Shown piece by piece: positions 21,529-37,100 of a stretch of 64,000 nt of DNA. The DNA comes from the human T2T-CHM13v2.0 reference genome, Homo sapiens. The position numbers and the translations under genes are program-made. The stretch lies in the NCBI RefSeq assembly GCF_009914755.1, contig NC_060943.1. One strand, 5' to 3'. Position 1 is the stretch's first letter; every line of letters starts with the position of its first letter. The notes under the pieces are model-generated. The model searched no databases. It had not been told where the DNA came from and saw only the letters and a list, made by a program, of their open reading frames with translations.

Positions 21529-24500
21529 TAATCTCATTACTAGACCTTCCTGTAGGTGACAGTGTGACATATGCCCCTGCCCACCACCTGAGTGATTTTG
21601 AGTTTTCTGCCTGGGCTCAGTCAAATGTAAAATTGTGAGATATCTCTTGACTCAGTATCTAATTGATGTGACTATTCTGCTTTGTCTGTAACCACAGGTG
21701 ACATTGTGACATATTTCTGGGCCTTGTACGCAGGTGATGTGACTCTCCTCTCTTGTCTTGGCGATGCCCCAGAGGGCACTGTGACACATTACTGGATCCT
21801 GCACCCCGGATATTTGGCTCTCCTACCTGTGCCCTGCCCACATGGGCCATTGAGACCTATTGCTGAGTCCCAAGACCCATGTGATGTAACTTACCTGCTA
21901 GAGCTCTTTCTATAAGGGGCATTTGACCTATCTCTGCCTATTATCCAGGTGACGTGACTCTTTTCTCCAACCTGGTCTCAGTCTACAGGAAAAATTGTGA
22001 CATATCTCTGAGACTAGCTCCTAGCTGATGTGACTTTTCTCTTTTTCCTAGCTTCTGCCCACTGGGGAGATTGTAACATGCCCCTTGTCCCAGCACTATG
22101 TTGATATTTACTCTTGCCTTCACGCTGCAATCAAAGATATTGTGACATATTTCTGGGCCCAGCGCCAAAGTGATGTGAGTCTCCTGCCTGGATCCTGCCC
22201 ATAAGGGGTATTTTGACATATCTTTGGACCCATCAATTCATTGATGGGACCTTGTCTCCTATGAGCTTTGCCCTGGACCATCTGCACAAAATAGAGAACG
22301 ACTTATCACTGAGCCCAGCACACAGATAGTGTGACTCTCCTGCCAATTCCCTACCCTCAAAAATGATTGTGACATATTCCTGGAGAAGGACCCAGATGAT
22401 GTGATTCTCCTGCCTGCTCCTTACCCACAAGTAAGATTGTGACATATATCTTTGCTCAGTTTACAGGTGTGACCATGACTTTTTTACCTCAAACCAGCCA
22501 ATATGGGTAATACTATGGGTCTTCCCTTTGTTCGAAGGTAATAGAGGGTTACCACTTTGTTGCATATCATATAAAGATCTTGGGTGGTACAGAGAGTGTC
22601 AACACAAAGCCTGGCACACAGGTGAAATTGTGTTTTACATACACCCTGCCAACCATTTCATTCATCACATTCACACATAGACAAAGCCCACTGGTGAAGT
22701 TTTAAAACACACAGGAATGCAGCTTACAATTGGAATTAAGACTTTCATATGTGAAGATTTGGCCACACTTGGAATGGTAACTTATTTTTAAATCCACTCA
22801 TAGGTGGGACTCTCCTATCTGGACTGAGCCAATAGGAGTGATGTTGACTGTCATATCTTTGCTTAGGGCCACAGGTACAATCATTGGTCCATACCAGCAT
22901 GAATGCCTCAGAGTGAATGGTGACACTAACATACACTGTATAATGCCATCAGTTGGTACAGAAAATGTTTTCACAGGGCCCAGCAGACAGGTGAGATTGT
23001 GACCCTCATATGAACATCCAGCTGAAAGTAAAGATGGTCAACCACCCAGCTGAAAGTAAAGATGGTCAAGTAAAGATGTAAGTCATACATACATCAACAC
23101 AGTGCACCATTGAGGTTCTAAATCTAACAACCAGAGGCAGTCAGAAGATTTTTTTTAAAAAAGGCTCTTATACATAAATGTGGTCCACAGGTGGGTTGGT
23201 GACTCTCAGACCAGGATTCAGCACACCAAGAAAACTGGGACTCCATTAAGTCAACACAACATGCAATAGGAATTGAGGCTATGACGCATAGATCTGGTTC
23301 ACTGATGAGACGTGCCTCATGTAGTTGGACCCAACATTCAGGATGTGTTGACTGTCATATCTGAAACTGGGATATGTGCAGGATTGTTAATCTCATCCCT
23401 GGACCTTCCTGCAGGTGTGACTGACAACATGTGCCCAGCACCCAGCATAATTTGAAGTCTCCCACCTGGGCCCAGCTCACAGTTGAAATTGTGACATATC
23501 ACTGAACTCAGAACATAGGTGATGTTATTCTACTCTTCTGCCGTGGCCCTGCCTACATGGAGCATTGTCACATGTTTCTAGGCCCCACACTCAGCACTCA
23601 GGTTATATGTCTATTCTGCCTGTGCCCAGCCCATGTGGATCATTGTGATATATTTTTGGGGCTGACATTTATGTTTTGTAAGCCTCCTGCCTGGGGTTTG
23701 CCAGTAGGGAGCATTTTGACATATCTATGTGCCAATCGTGCAGGTGATATGAACCTTTTCTACTGGCTGGTTTCTGCTCACAGGGAAGATTATGACCTAT
23801 CAGTAGGCCAACAGGTAATTGGTGTAACTCTTAGTCTCAGGTTCTGCCTACAGGGGAGATTGTGACATATTGCTGGGCTCAGCAACAAGATGATTTGGGT
23901 CTTCTGCCTGGACCCTGCCTTGTAGGAGCATTGTGACATAACTCTGAGCCAATCACCTAGTTAATGTGAATTTTCTCTTCTCTTACCTGAACTGTGCCCA
24001 TAGAATAGATTGTGGCATATCTCTAGGACCAGCGTCTAGGTGATATGACTCTCCTCTCTTACCTGACCATGCCCACAGAAGGAAGTTACTTATGACTGGG
24101 CCCAGCACACAGGTGACAGGGGTCATGGAGACCTATCTCTGGGCCCATCACCTGGATGATGTGACTCTTCTTTTCTTCATAGGGCCCGTCCATGTGAGGA
24201 ATGTGACATATTGCTGGGCCCAGCATCTATGTGATGCATCACTTCTCTTGTGCCTTATCTCTTTCAACTGGAGTGATTGTGACATGAAGCCCCTAATTTA
24301 TGTGACTCCTCTTTTCCATCTGAGCCCTACCCACAGGGGGCATTGCAACGTATTTTTGAGACCCTCCCCTAGGTGGTGTGACTCTCATGAGTGAGCCGTC
24401 CACTCAGTTGGTATTGTGACACATTTTTGCACACAGCACTGAGGTGATGTGACTCTCTTCTACTGCTTGGGCTCTGTCCAAGGAGGTATTGTGATATACC

Positions 24501-27500
24501 ACTGGGTCCAGCACCTAGGTTATTTGACTTCCCTCTACTGCCTGGGCCCTGCATACATTGTGTATTGTGACATATGGCTGTGTCCAAAACATAGGGGATG
24601 CAACTCTCCTGCATTGGCTTTGCCCATAGAAGTATTAGAAAAGACTAATAAAAGAGAATAAAATATCTTAATTATTCATCTAGGTGATTTGACTCTTCTT
24701 TTGTGCCTGAGCACTGCACACAGCTGAGATTGTGACAGTGATATGCACACCCAGCCAACAGTATAGACTGTCATCATCCCACCTGAACACAGCCCACTCT
24801 TGAGGTTCTGAATCTCACACCCAAAGCCAGTCAAAAATAGTGAATTGACTCTATATGCAGATTTCATTCACATTTGGGTTTCTGACTCTCCAACCAACAT
24901 TCAGCAAACCTGTGAGGCTGTCACTCTACTAAGAAGACAGTCCACAGGACAGATTGATGCTGTCATGCATGGATCCAGTACACCATTGAGATCATGACTC
25001 ATGTACTTATACCCAACATGACATTTCACTGGGCCCAGCACCAAGCTGATGTCACTCCTCTATTATCCAGGTTCTCACTCTCACCTAGTTGACGTGACTG
25101 TCTTACCTGTGCTGTCTTGTCAAGGGATATGGTGACATATTACTGGACCCAGCACCTAGTTGATGTGACTTTTGCTGCTCCTAGGGCTCACAGTCCTAAA
25201 AAAGAATTGAGTTGTACTGCTGGGCCTAGCACCAAGGCGACAATACTGTTAGCTGTGTCTGCATATCAAAGTCATAATCTCACCTGTGTGCTGGCCCCTG
25301 TAATAAAACTCTGTACTGCCAGGGGGCATTATACAATATGAATAAGTTTCATAATCTGCCGTGACTTTCATACAGGTAGGAGACTCAGGACCCTACCAGT
25401 TTCCTTAAGCTCAGCTATAAGGGTCAACATGTATTTTATTGGCTGGGTCTAGTTATAAGAGTCATCATGGTGCCTGTGAGCTAACATCACGCCTGTGGCT
25501 GGATCTACATATGACAGTCAAAATTCCAGCTGTAGGCTGTGTCCATATACGAGACTCAGGACCTCACTAGAGGTCTCTGTTCATGTGTGAGAATGACACT
25601 CATAACTGTTGGCTGGATGAGCATACAAGAGTCACAGTCTCATCTGTGTACTGGGTGCACTTATATGTTAAAATCCCACTTGTGGAAAAGAAAGAAGCTA
25701 AGAGAGCCACGTATTTTAAGTGCTGGGCTAAAGATATGTTAAAATATCCCCTGTGGGCAGGGCCCAGGAAGGAGAGTTAAATTACCTGCATGCTGTGACC
25801 AGTGATATGTCACAATGCCTTCTATGGGCATGGCCCGGGCAGGAATTTCACATTACCTTTATGCTGTCCCAAAGATATATTTCAATCCCCCTCCATTGGC
25901 ATGGCTTAGAGAGAATAGAAGAGTCACAGCACCTAAATTATGGCCACAGAGATAAATCACAATACCTCCTGTGGGCAGGGCCTAGGATAGAAGCTTACAT
26001 CACCTGTAATCTGGGCTTGCTAAAATAATTCATCCTCCTGTTGCCATGACCCAGGCAGAAGAGGAGAATCATATCATCTAAGTACTTGGGCCTGTGGTAT
26101 GTCACAGTCCATTTTCAAGGGGCAGAATGCAGGCAAAAGAAAAAAGTCACATCACCTAGGCAACGAGTTCAGAGGTATGTCACAATACCTACCGTGGGCA
26201 GGGCCCAGGCAGTACAGTCACATCACCGAGGTACTGGGCTCAGTGATATCTCACAAATGGCTTTCTGGGCAGGGCCCAAGCTAATGATAAGAGTCAGATG
26301 ACCCAGTGATATTTCACAATACCCTCTGTGGGCAGGGCTCAAGCAAGAGAATCACATCACCTAGGTGCTTGACCCAGGTATATGTCACAATCTCCCCTGA
26401 GGGCTGTGCCCAGGCAGGAAAGTAAAATCACTCAGGGGTTATGCAGAAGTATATGTCACAATCACACTTGTGGGAAGGTCCAGGGATGAGATTCACAGTT
26501 CCACATATGTTCCAGCTTCAGGTGGGAAAGTCAACACCTCCCATGAGTTGCATCCAAATGCGTGAGTCACAATCTCAATGACGGACTAGATTCATGCATG
26601 AGACCCTCAATTTTACCGGTAGGCTGTGTACTGGTATCAGAGGCAAAGCCTCACAGGTATAATGAATCCTGGTCCTATAGTTACCGTCTACCTGGAGACA
26701 AAATCTACATGTAAGGATTATAATTCCAACTTTCAACTGTGTCCAGGTGTGAGATTCAGAAGCTCAAGAGTTGTCTGTATTCATGTGGGAGGATGACAAT
26801 TTTTACTGTGGGCTGGAAGTGTATATGAGAATCACAATCTCAGCTGTGTTCTGGGTCCTCTTATGACACTCTCTGTACCACCAGAGGGCTGCACATTGTT
26901 TGGGTGAGACTCACAATCCCCTGTGAGACATTAGTGCTGTATAAATGCATGATTTTACTTGTTGCCCCACTCCCAGGTATGAGAGTCAACATTTCTCATA
27001 TTGGCTGTGTCCAGGTATAAAAGTCATTGCTCTGCCTCTTAGTTGGGTTCAGATATGAGTCACCATCCCAGTGGTGGCTAGAGGTACACATGACATTAAA
27101 AACTCCAACTGTGGATTGCATCTGTGAGTAAAATTCAGGACCTCACCAGTGGGTTCTGTCCGTGTGTATGAATGGCAATTCTCTACTGTTGGCTGAGTGT
27201 GCATCTGAGAGTCACAATCTCAACTTTGTGCTGAGTTATGTAATGGCACTTTCTTTACAACCCTGGGGGCATTATACAATATAAGTGAGTGTGATAATCC
27301 TCTGTGACATTTATACAAGCAGAAAACCCAAAACCTTACCTGTTGCCCTAAGCCTAGGTACAAGAGTCAAAATATCTTCTATTGGCCAGGTTCATTGTGC
27401 AAGTGAGTTGGGTACAGAAATTTGTCACCATCCAACCTGTGGCTGGATCCATATATGACAGTCACAATTTCAATGGTGGAATGGGTTCATGTGTAAGATT

Positions 27501-28383
27501 TAGGACATCACCGGTAGGCTCGGTCTATGTATGAGCATGGCAATTCAAACTGTTGACTAGGTATGTATAAAAGAGTCACAATTACACCTGTGGACTGGGC
27601 CCTGCAATGACAGTATTTCCCAAGAGCTTTATACAACATATGTGAGTGTCATAATCTTCTGTTACTTTCCTACAAGTAAAGGACCCAGACCCCAAAGCCT
27701 AGCTACCAGAGTCAACATCTCTCTTATTAGCTGGGTCCAGGTATGAGTCATCACCATTCCTGTGAGCTGAATCCAGAGTGAGTCACTATCTCACTTCTGG
27801 CAAGATATACATATGACAGTCCCAATTCCAACTGTTGGCTGTGTTCACATATAAGACTCAGGACCTCAAAAGTGGTCTTTGTTCCTGTGTTATAGTGACA
27901 ATAGTAACTTTTGGCTGGGTTTGCATACAAGAGTAAAACTCTCATCTGTGTGCTGGGCCGAGTTATATGTCACAGTCTTACCTTAGGGAAAGGCTGAGAA
28001 ATAAGAGTAACGCCACCTTGATTCTTCACCTGGAATATGTCTCAATCCCCTCTATGGAAAAGGCCCAGGCAGAAGAGTCACATCACTTGTGTTCAGGGCC
28101 CAGCAGCATATAATATTTCCTCTAGGCAGAGCCCAGACAAGAGATTCATGACATTTGGGTCCCGAGCCCAGAGATATGTCACAGGGGACTAAAGAATCTT
28201 TTCTTTAGGCATGTTTTTGGCAGCGGAGAGAAGCACATTATGTAAAAAATTGGTTCAAAGATATCTCACAATGTCCCCTTCGGGTGGTATGCAGGTAGGT
28301 GAAGAGAGTCACATCATCCAGATAATCAGCCCAGCAATATGTCAAAATGCCCCCTGATGGAAGGGCAAATAAAAGAAAGTCAT

Positions 28384-28737
<354 letters not shown>

Positions 28738-29388
28738 TCACAATGCATGCTATAAGTAGGGACCATGGAAAAGAGGAGCTTCACATAACCTAGGGGCTAC
28801 ACCCAGATATATGTCACAATCACCCCAGTGGGCAGGGCCTAGGTATAAGAGGAGAGTCACACCACACAAATCCTAAACCAAGTGATATGTCACAATTCCC
28901 ACTGTGGATGGGTCCAAGAAAAAAGAAAAAAGTCACATCATCTACATGTTGGGGCCACAGATATGTATCAATGTTCCCTGTAGGTATGGCCCAGGCAGAA
29001 GAGGTAAGTCAAGTCACCCGGGTGCAGAGCTGAGAGATACGTCACAATGTCTTCTATAGGCAAAGCCCAGGTACAAAGGAGAGTCACATCAAATAGTAGA
29101 TCAGCCCAGAGATATGTCACAATGCCCCTGTAAGCAGAGTCCAGGCATGAGACTCAAATCACTTTTGTGCTGGGCTCATCAATATGTCACAATGCCTTTT
29201 GAGAGCAGGACCAAATCAAGAGTAATATCACCTTGTTTGACCTAGTGATATGTCACTATCTTTTGTTTGCACAAAATATAGGAAAAAGAGACGAGTCACA
29301 TCAGCTGGGTGCTGAGGCCAGAGACATGTCAATCTCCCCATCAACAGAAATCACGTAGGAGAAGAGAGTCAAAACACATGTATATGAT

Positions 29389-29760
<372 letters not shown>

Positions 29761-32700
29761 TCACCTGGGTGTTGGACTGTGCAATATGTCAAAATAGCCA
29801 ATGTGGGCAGGCGATAGCCAGAAATCACATAAACTGGGTGCAGGGCCTGTAAATATATCATAATGTCTTCTATGGAGACAGCCAAGACAGGAGAATAGAT
29901 CACATCAGCTAAGTATGGAAAAAAATGACATGTCATAATCTCCACTGGAGCATAGACTCAGGCAAGAGGGTCAAATCACTCAGATTCTGGGCAGAGATAC
30001 ATCAGAATCACACCTACAGGAAGGTCCAGGGACAGGATTAACAGTCCCACACATGTCCCAGTTGTTGGTTTGGTCTAAGTATATGAGTCACAATCTCAAA
30101 AATAAACTGGATCTGTACAAAAGAGACTTAACTCCTTCTGAAGACTGTTTCCCCTTAGTGCAGTCACAGCCTCACAGATGTGGGGAATCTTGGTCTGAGA
30201 TTCACCAACCAACCTAGGGACAAGATCCATGTATGAGAGTTAATTCTCCAACTTTCCACTGCCTCCAGGTGGGAGATTCAGAACCTCAACGGTGGGCTGT
30301 GTTCATGTGGAAGGATGACAATCTTTACTATTGGCCACCTGTGCAAAAGAGTGTCATAATTTTACCTGTTTGCTGGGCTCTGTGAGGACAGTCTCTCTAC
30401 CATTCAGGGGCTATATATGCTATGTATGAGAGTCAACATCTGCTCTGAGACCTTCATGCTGTTATGCACCCATGATTGTACCTGTGCCACTAAGTCCACA
30501 TATGAGACTCAACATCTCTCCTATTGGCTGAGTCTAGATGGGAGAGTCCTGACCTCTCTATGAGCTGGGTTTAGGAATGAGTCACCAGCACAGCTGTGGC
30601 CAAGTGTTCACTTATGACAGTCAGAATTTTAACTGCAGACTGCGTCTGCATGTGAGATTCAGCATTTCACCAGTGGGCTCTGTTTAGATGTGAGGGTGAC
30701 AATCCTAACAGTTGGCTGGGTGAGCATATGAGAAACACAATCTCGCTTGTGTTCTGGGCCCTGTGATGACATCTTCTCTACCACTGGAGGACTTTATATA
30801 AGATATAAGAAAGTGGTAGTTCTCTATGACTTTAATACACAGAGGAGACCCAGGATCTTACCCATTTCACTAAGTCTAGCTATGAAAGTATCTTATATTG
30901 ACTGGTTCGAGGAAAGAGGGTCAGCACCCTACCTGTGAGCTGGGCCAAGATATGTCATAATCCCACCTATAGGTAGAGAGTGAGCAGGAGGGTTATATCA
31001 ACTGGGAGCTGGACAAGGCATATATCACACTCTTCCCTGAGGACAAAGACCAGCTAGAAGAGTCACATCCCTTCATGCTAAGTCAGGGATATTTTACAAT
31101 GCCTTCCTGAAAGCAGGGAACACGATGCATACTCACATCACCTAGGTGCTGGGCCCAGTGATATGTCACAATGCTCCCTGTGGACAGTACCCAGGCAGGA
31201 AAGACACATCATCTCAATGGTGGGCCCAGCAATATGTCCCAGTCTTTCCTGTGGGCAGAATGCCGGCAGAAGAGGAGAGTCACATATCCTAGGTGATGGA
31301 TTCAGGGATATGTAAAAAGTTTTCTGTTAGCAAGACCAAGGCAGGAGCCTTAAGTCCCATTGATGTAGGGCCCAGCCATATGTCTCAATACCCCAAATAT
31401 GCAAGGCCCAGGCAAATAAGACAGTCACATCACCTAGGTGCTCGGTCAAGGGACATGCCCCAATCCCCTTTTTCTGTCAGGACCCAGACAGAAGAAAAGA
31501 GTCACAACACCTAAGTGATGAACAAAAAGATGTCATAATACCCCTGCTGGCAGGGCCCAGGTCGAAGAGTTGCATCACTTAGGTTTTGATCCCAGCCATA
31601 TGTCACAACATAGAATGTATGCAGGGCCCTGGCAGAAGAGGAGGAGAGTCACAACACCTAGGTTCTTGGCCCCGTGATACATCACAATTCCTTCTTGGGC
31701 AAAGTCCAAGCAGTAGAAGAGAGTCACATCATCGTCATCTAGTTGCTGGGTCCAGCAATATGTCACAATACCCCCTAAGAAGAGGGCCTAGGCAGAAAAG
31801 TCTCCTCACCTAGGCAAGAGGCCCAGAGGTATATCCCAATGCTTTCTGTGTTAGGGCTCAGGAAGAAGAAAGTCACAAAGCCTATGGGATAGACCAAGTT
31901 ATATTTTACAGTCACCCTAGTAAGCATGGTTGAGGCATGAGTGGAGAGTCACATGATGTAGGTGCTGAGCCAAGTGATATGTCACAATGCCCTCTGTGAG
32001 CAGTGACCAGGCAGGAGGAAGAAGTCAAATCACCTAGGTGATAAGTGCAGAGAGATGTAACAATATTCCAGGCAAGAGAGTAACATCACCTTGGTGTTGG
32101 ATTCAGAAATATATCACAATGTCCCACGTGAGAAAGATACAAGCAAGAGAGTCACAAGAACTGGGTGCAAGACCTGGCAATATATCATAATTTCCACTGT
32201 GGACAGACTCAAGAAACAAAAGGAGACTCACATCATATAGGTTATGGGCCCCAGAGATATATTCCACTTACCTCTATTGGCAAGGACCAGGCAGAAGTAT
32301 CACACCACCTTTGCGCTCAGTAACGTACTAGGTCATATCACCTAGGTGATAAACAACAATACATCGCCGTTTCTTTTCTGAACATAGCTCAGGCAAGAGA
32401 GGGGCATTGCATTTCCAAGGTGCTGGGCCCAGATGTATGTCACCATATCCCTTATGGGCAAAGATGTGGTAAGGGGGGATAGTCAAATCAAATAGTTGAT
32501 GGGCCCAAAGATATGTCACAATGCACTCTATGGGCAGGGTCCAAACACAAGACACACTTCACCTTGGTGCTGGTAACAGCAATATGTCACAAGGCCTTCT
32601 GAAGACAGTGCCAAGGCAAAAGAGTAACATCACCATGGTGTTGAGCCCAGCTTTATGTCACAATCTCCCCTGTGAGGAAAACCTCAGAAGGCAAGAGAAG

Positions 32701-33865
32701 TCACATCAGCTCAGTACTGAACAAAGTGATATGTTCCATTCTCCCCTGAGAGCTAGGATCAGGCAAATGAAGATACTCACATCACTTGGTGACAGGCCCA
32801 GGATATGAAACAATTTTCTGTATAGGCAGGGCTTAGGCAGGAGAGTTAAATCAAATGGGCATAGGACCCAGTGGTATGTTACAATGCCTCCCGTGGGCAG
32901 CGTCAAGGCATGAGAGAAGACATCACCCGAGTGCAAGGCCCAGTGGTGTCAAAATGTCCCAGCACCCAGTTATATGTTACAATGTCATATGTGAGCGGGG
33001 TCCAGGCAGTAGAGTCAAATCACTCAGGTGCTGGACTGCGGCATATGTAACAATAACACCTACAGGAAGGTCCAGAGTTGAGATTAACAATCTCACACAT
33101 GTCCTGGTTCTAGGTATGAGTCAATTTCTGTCTGGTCATTCTAAGTACACAAGTCACAATCCCATTGGCCAACAGGATCTATGTTTGACAGCCCTATTCC
33201 TTCTGGGGATTGTGTTTTGTAAGTAGAGTCACAGCCTCACGGGTTTGCTGAATCTTAATCTGAGTGTCATGAACCCACTTGGGGAACAGATTCATGTATG
33301 AGAGTCAAATTTGCAACTTTTAGCGACCTCAGGCTGTGAGATTCAGAACCTCAACAGTGAGCTGTGTTCATGTGGGACAATGACAATCTTTATTCTCACC
33401 TGGGTGTGCAGATGAGAGTTGCAATCTCACTTGTGTACGGAGCCCTGTTAGAACACTCTCTGTACCACTCGAGGGCTTTATTCAACATGCATGAGAGTCA
33501 AAATTTGCTCTGAAACCTCCATGTTAGAAAGGATCTTTGATCATGCCTGTGGCCCTAAGCCCAGGTGTGAGAGTCAACATCTTTCTTATTGACTGTGTCC
33601 GGATAGGAGAGTCTTCACCTGCCTATAAGTTGGGATTAAAAATGAGTAACCATTCCAATTGTGCCTTGATGTTCAGATATGAAAGTTGCAATTTAAACTG
33701 TGGACTGACTGCATTTGTGTGTGAGATTCAAAACATCACCAGTAGGTTCTGTGAATGTGAGAGGGTGGAAATTTTAATGGTTGGTGGACTGTGCACACGA
33801 GAACACAATCTCACTCATGTTCTGGGATTTGTGATGACATTGTAGTACCCGAATGCTTTATGTGA

Positions 33866-34188
<323 letters not shown>

Positions 34189-37100
34189 TGAGAGTGGTAA
34201 CTTTCTATAACCTTCATACAAAGAGGAGACACAGGGTCTTACTCATTTTTCTAAGCCAAAATATGAGAGTCAGTATCTCTTCTGTTGGCTGGTTCATCTC
34301 ACAAGGTATGATGGTCATTATTGCACCTGTGAGCTGAACCAAGATATATGTCACAATGCCACCTCTCAGTAGGGAGCGAGCAGGAGAGCCACATCACCTA
34401 GGCACTAGGCCATGGATATGTCACAGTCTTTTCTGAAAACAGGGACCAGGCTGGAGAGTCACATCGTTAGCATGCTTAGCCAAAAATATTTAAAAATCTC
34501 CTGAAAGCAATGCAACAGGAACAGAATCACCTCACCTGGCTGCTGTGCCCAGCAATTTTGTCACAATGCTCTCTCTGGGAAAATCCCAGGCAGGAGAGAC
34601 ACATCAACTGGTTGCTGGGTGCAGAAATATGTCACAGTTTTCCTTGTTGGCAAAGTTCAGGCAGAGAAAGATTCACAATTCTTAGGTCATGGATGCAGAC
34701 GTATGTCACAAGGCTCACTGCAGGCCAGGCTTAGGCAGGAGCCTCATGTACCCGAGGTTCTGGGCCTAGTGATGTGTCATGATACCCAAAATATGTGGGG
34801 CAAAGCAAAAAGAGGAGAATTACATCATCTAGAATCAGGGTCCAGTGATATGTCACAATTTTTTTTTTTTGGCAGTGCCCTGATGAAAGAAGAGTCACAT
34901 CACCTTTGATCTGGGTCCAGTAATACATCACAATCCCTTCTTGGTCACAGCCCAAGCAGCAGAAGAAAGTCAAATCACTTAGGTCCTGGGTTTGGAAATA
35001 TGTCCCTATGAGGAGAGGGCCCAGGCAAGAGAGTCAAATCACTGAGGTACTGGGCAAAGAAATATGTCACGATCACACCTGCAGAAAAGTCCAGGGATAA
35101 AATTAACAATCATGCACATGGCCCAGTTCTAGGTATAAGAGTCAACACATTCTGTATGTTGGGTCTCAGTACAAGAGTTACAATCTCAACAGTGGACAGG
35201 ATCCTTGCATGACAGCCACAATCCCTCCCGTGCACTGTATTATTTTCAAAGGGTCACAGCCTCACAGGTGTGCTGAATCTTGGTCAGGTGGGTTGCTGAC
35301 TCTCCACATAATGAGAATCAGTTTTCCAACTTTCGACTGCCTCCTGGCATGAGATTCAGGACTTTAACACTGGCTGTGTTCATGTGGTTGGATGACAGTC
35401 TTTATCATTATCTGGGTGTGCATATGGGTGTCACAATCTCATTTGTGTGCCCGGCCCTGTAAGGACCCTCTCTGTCTTACTGAGGGCATTATGCAGTATG
35501 CATGAGAGCTGCAATCTGTTCTGAAACTTTTGTGCTTGTGTGAACCCACAATTTTACCTGTGATTCTAAGCCCAGATATGAGAGTGAACATCTTTAATAA
35601 TGGCTGAGTTTAGATAGGAGGGTCTTCATCTGCCTATGAGCTGGGTTTAGAAATGAGTCACCATTCCAACTGTAGCCAGGTGTTCACGTATGCAGTCACA
35701 ATTTCAACTATGAATGGCATCCACGAGTTTGATTCAGGACCTCACCAGTGGGCTCTGTTTATGTGTGACGGTGACAAGGCTAATGGTTGGCTGGGTGCGC
35801 ATACAATAAGAAAAATTTCTGTTGTGTTCTGGATACACTCCCTGTGTCACCTGAATTTATGCTCTCCATATCACCCAAGGGCTTTATACAATGTGAGAGG
35901 AAGTGGCGATTTTTTATGATCTTTGTACAAAGAGGAGACCTGGAATCTTACCTGTTCTCTCAGCCTAGCTAGGACAGAGAGTGCCTTTTTTTACTGGCTA
36001 ATTTGATATATGGACCTGCCAATAGGGGAGATTTTGCCTTTTTTATTTTAGGCTTAGGGCAGTGGATAAAGTACTGGGTCTCCTATGTGAGGAAAGGTCA
36101 CATAAGATTATGGACACTCAAGCTTATCCTATAAAGCTTTTGTGTTACATTGAGAGTATAATAACAGGATCCACTACACAGGTGAGATTGTTACTCTCAT
36201 AGGCACACCTAGCTGAAAATTAGGATTGTCACCCTCACACATAAGAAAAGCCCACTGGTGAGGTCCTGAATCTCACAGGCACACTCCAAAATTAGATTTG
36301 TGACAGTCATATGTGGGTCCTGGGACAGTTGGTATGCTGACTTATTTTTGAAGCCAGCTTACAGACACTTTGAGATGACTGTCATACCTATATCTGGCCA
36401 ATAAGAGAGCTGTGACTCTCACACTTGGGCATAGGGCAATGGGTACAATCTTAGGTTCATATCAGCATGAAGGTCTCAAAGTGAATTGCAACTGCCTCTT
36501 AAAGCATATAAAGCCTGTGGATAATACAGAGAGTGTCATAACACAACCAAGAACACAGGTGAAATTGTGACTCTCCTATGCACACTCAGCCAACAGTAAA
36601 CATTGTCACTGTCACACATGGAAACTGTCCACTGTTGAGGCTGTGGATCTCACACATGGGGGCAGTCAAAAGTTGGAATTGTGACTCTCATACATGGATC
36701 TGCTTAACAGGTAGAATGGTGACTCAAAGACTAGGATTCAGAACACCTGTGAGGCTGTGACTCTTAGATTCAGAAATAGTTTTCATTTGGAATTGGGGCT
36801 CTCTTGCAGGGATTGAGTCCACCATTCAGATTGTGATTCATGTACTTGGACCCAACTCAAATGAGGTCTCTTGACTCTCATACCTGAAGTCAGAAAATGT
36901 GTGGAATTTTGAATCTCATTTCTCAACCTTCTTGCTAGTGTGATTGTGATATATACATTTGCCCAGCACCTGAGTGATTTGACTCTCCTGCCTGGGTAAA
37001 GCCCAAAAATAAAACTGTGATGTATACCTGGGCCAAGCATTTAAGTTATTTTACTTTCTTGCATAGGCCTTGTCCTCAGGGGAAATTGTGACATATCACT

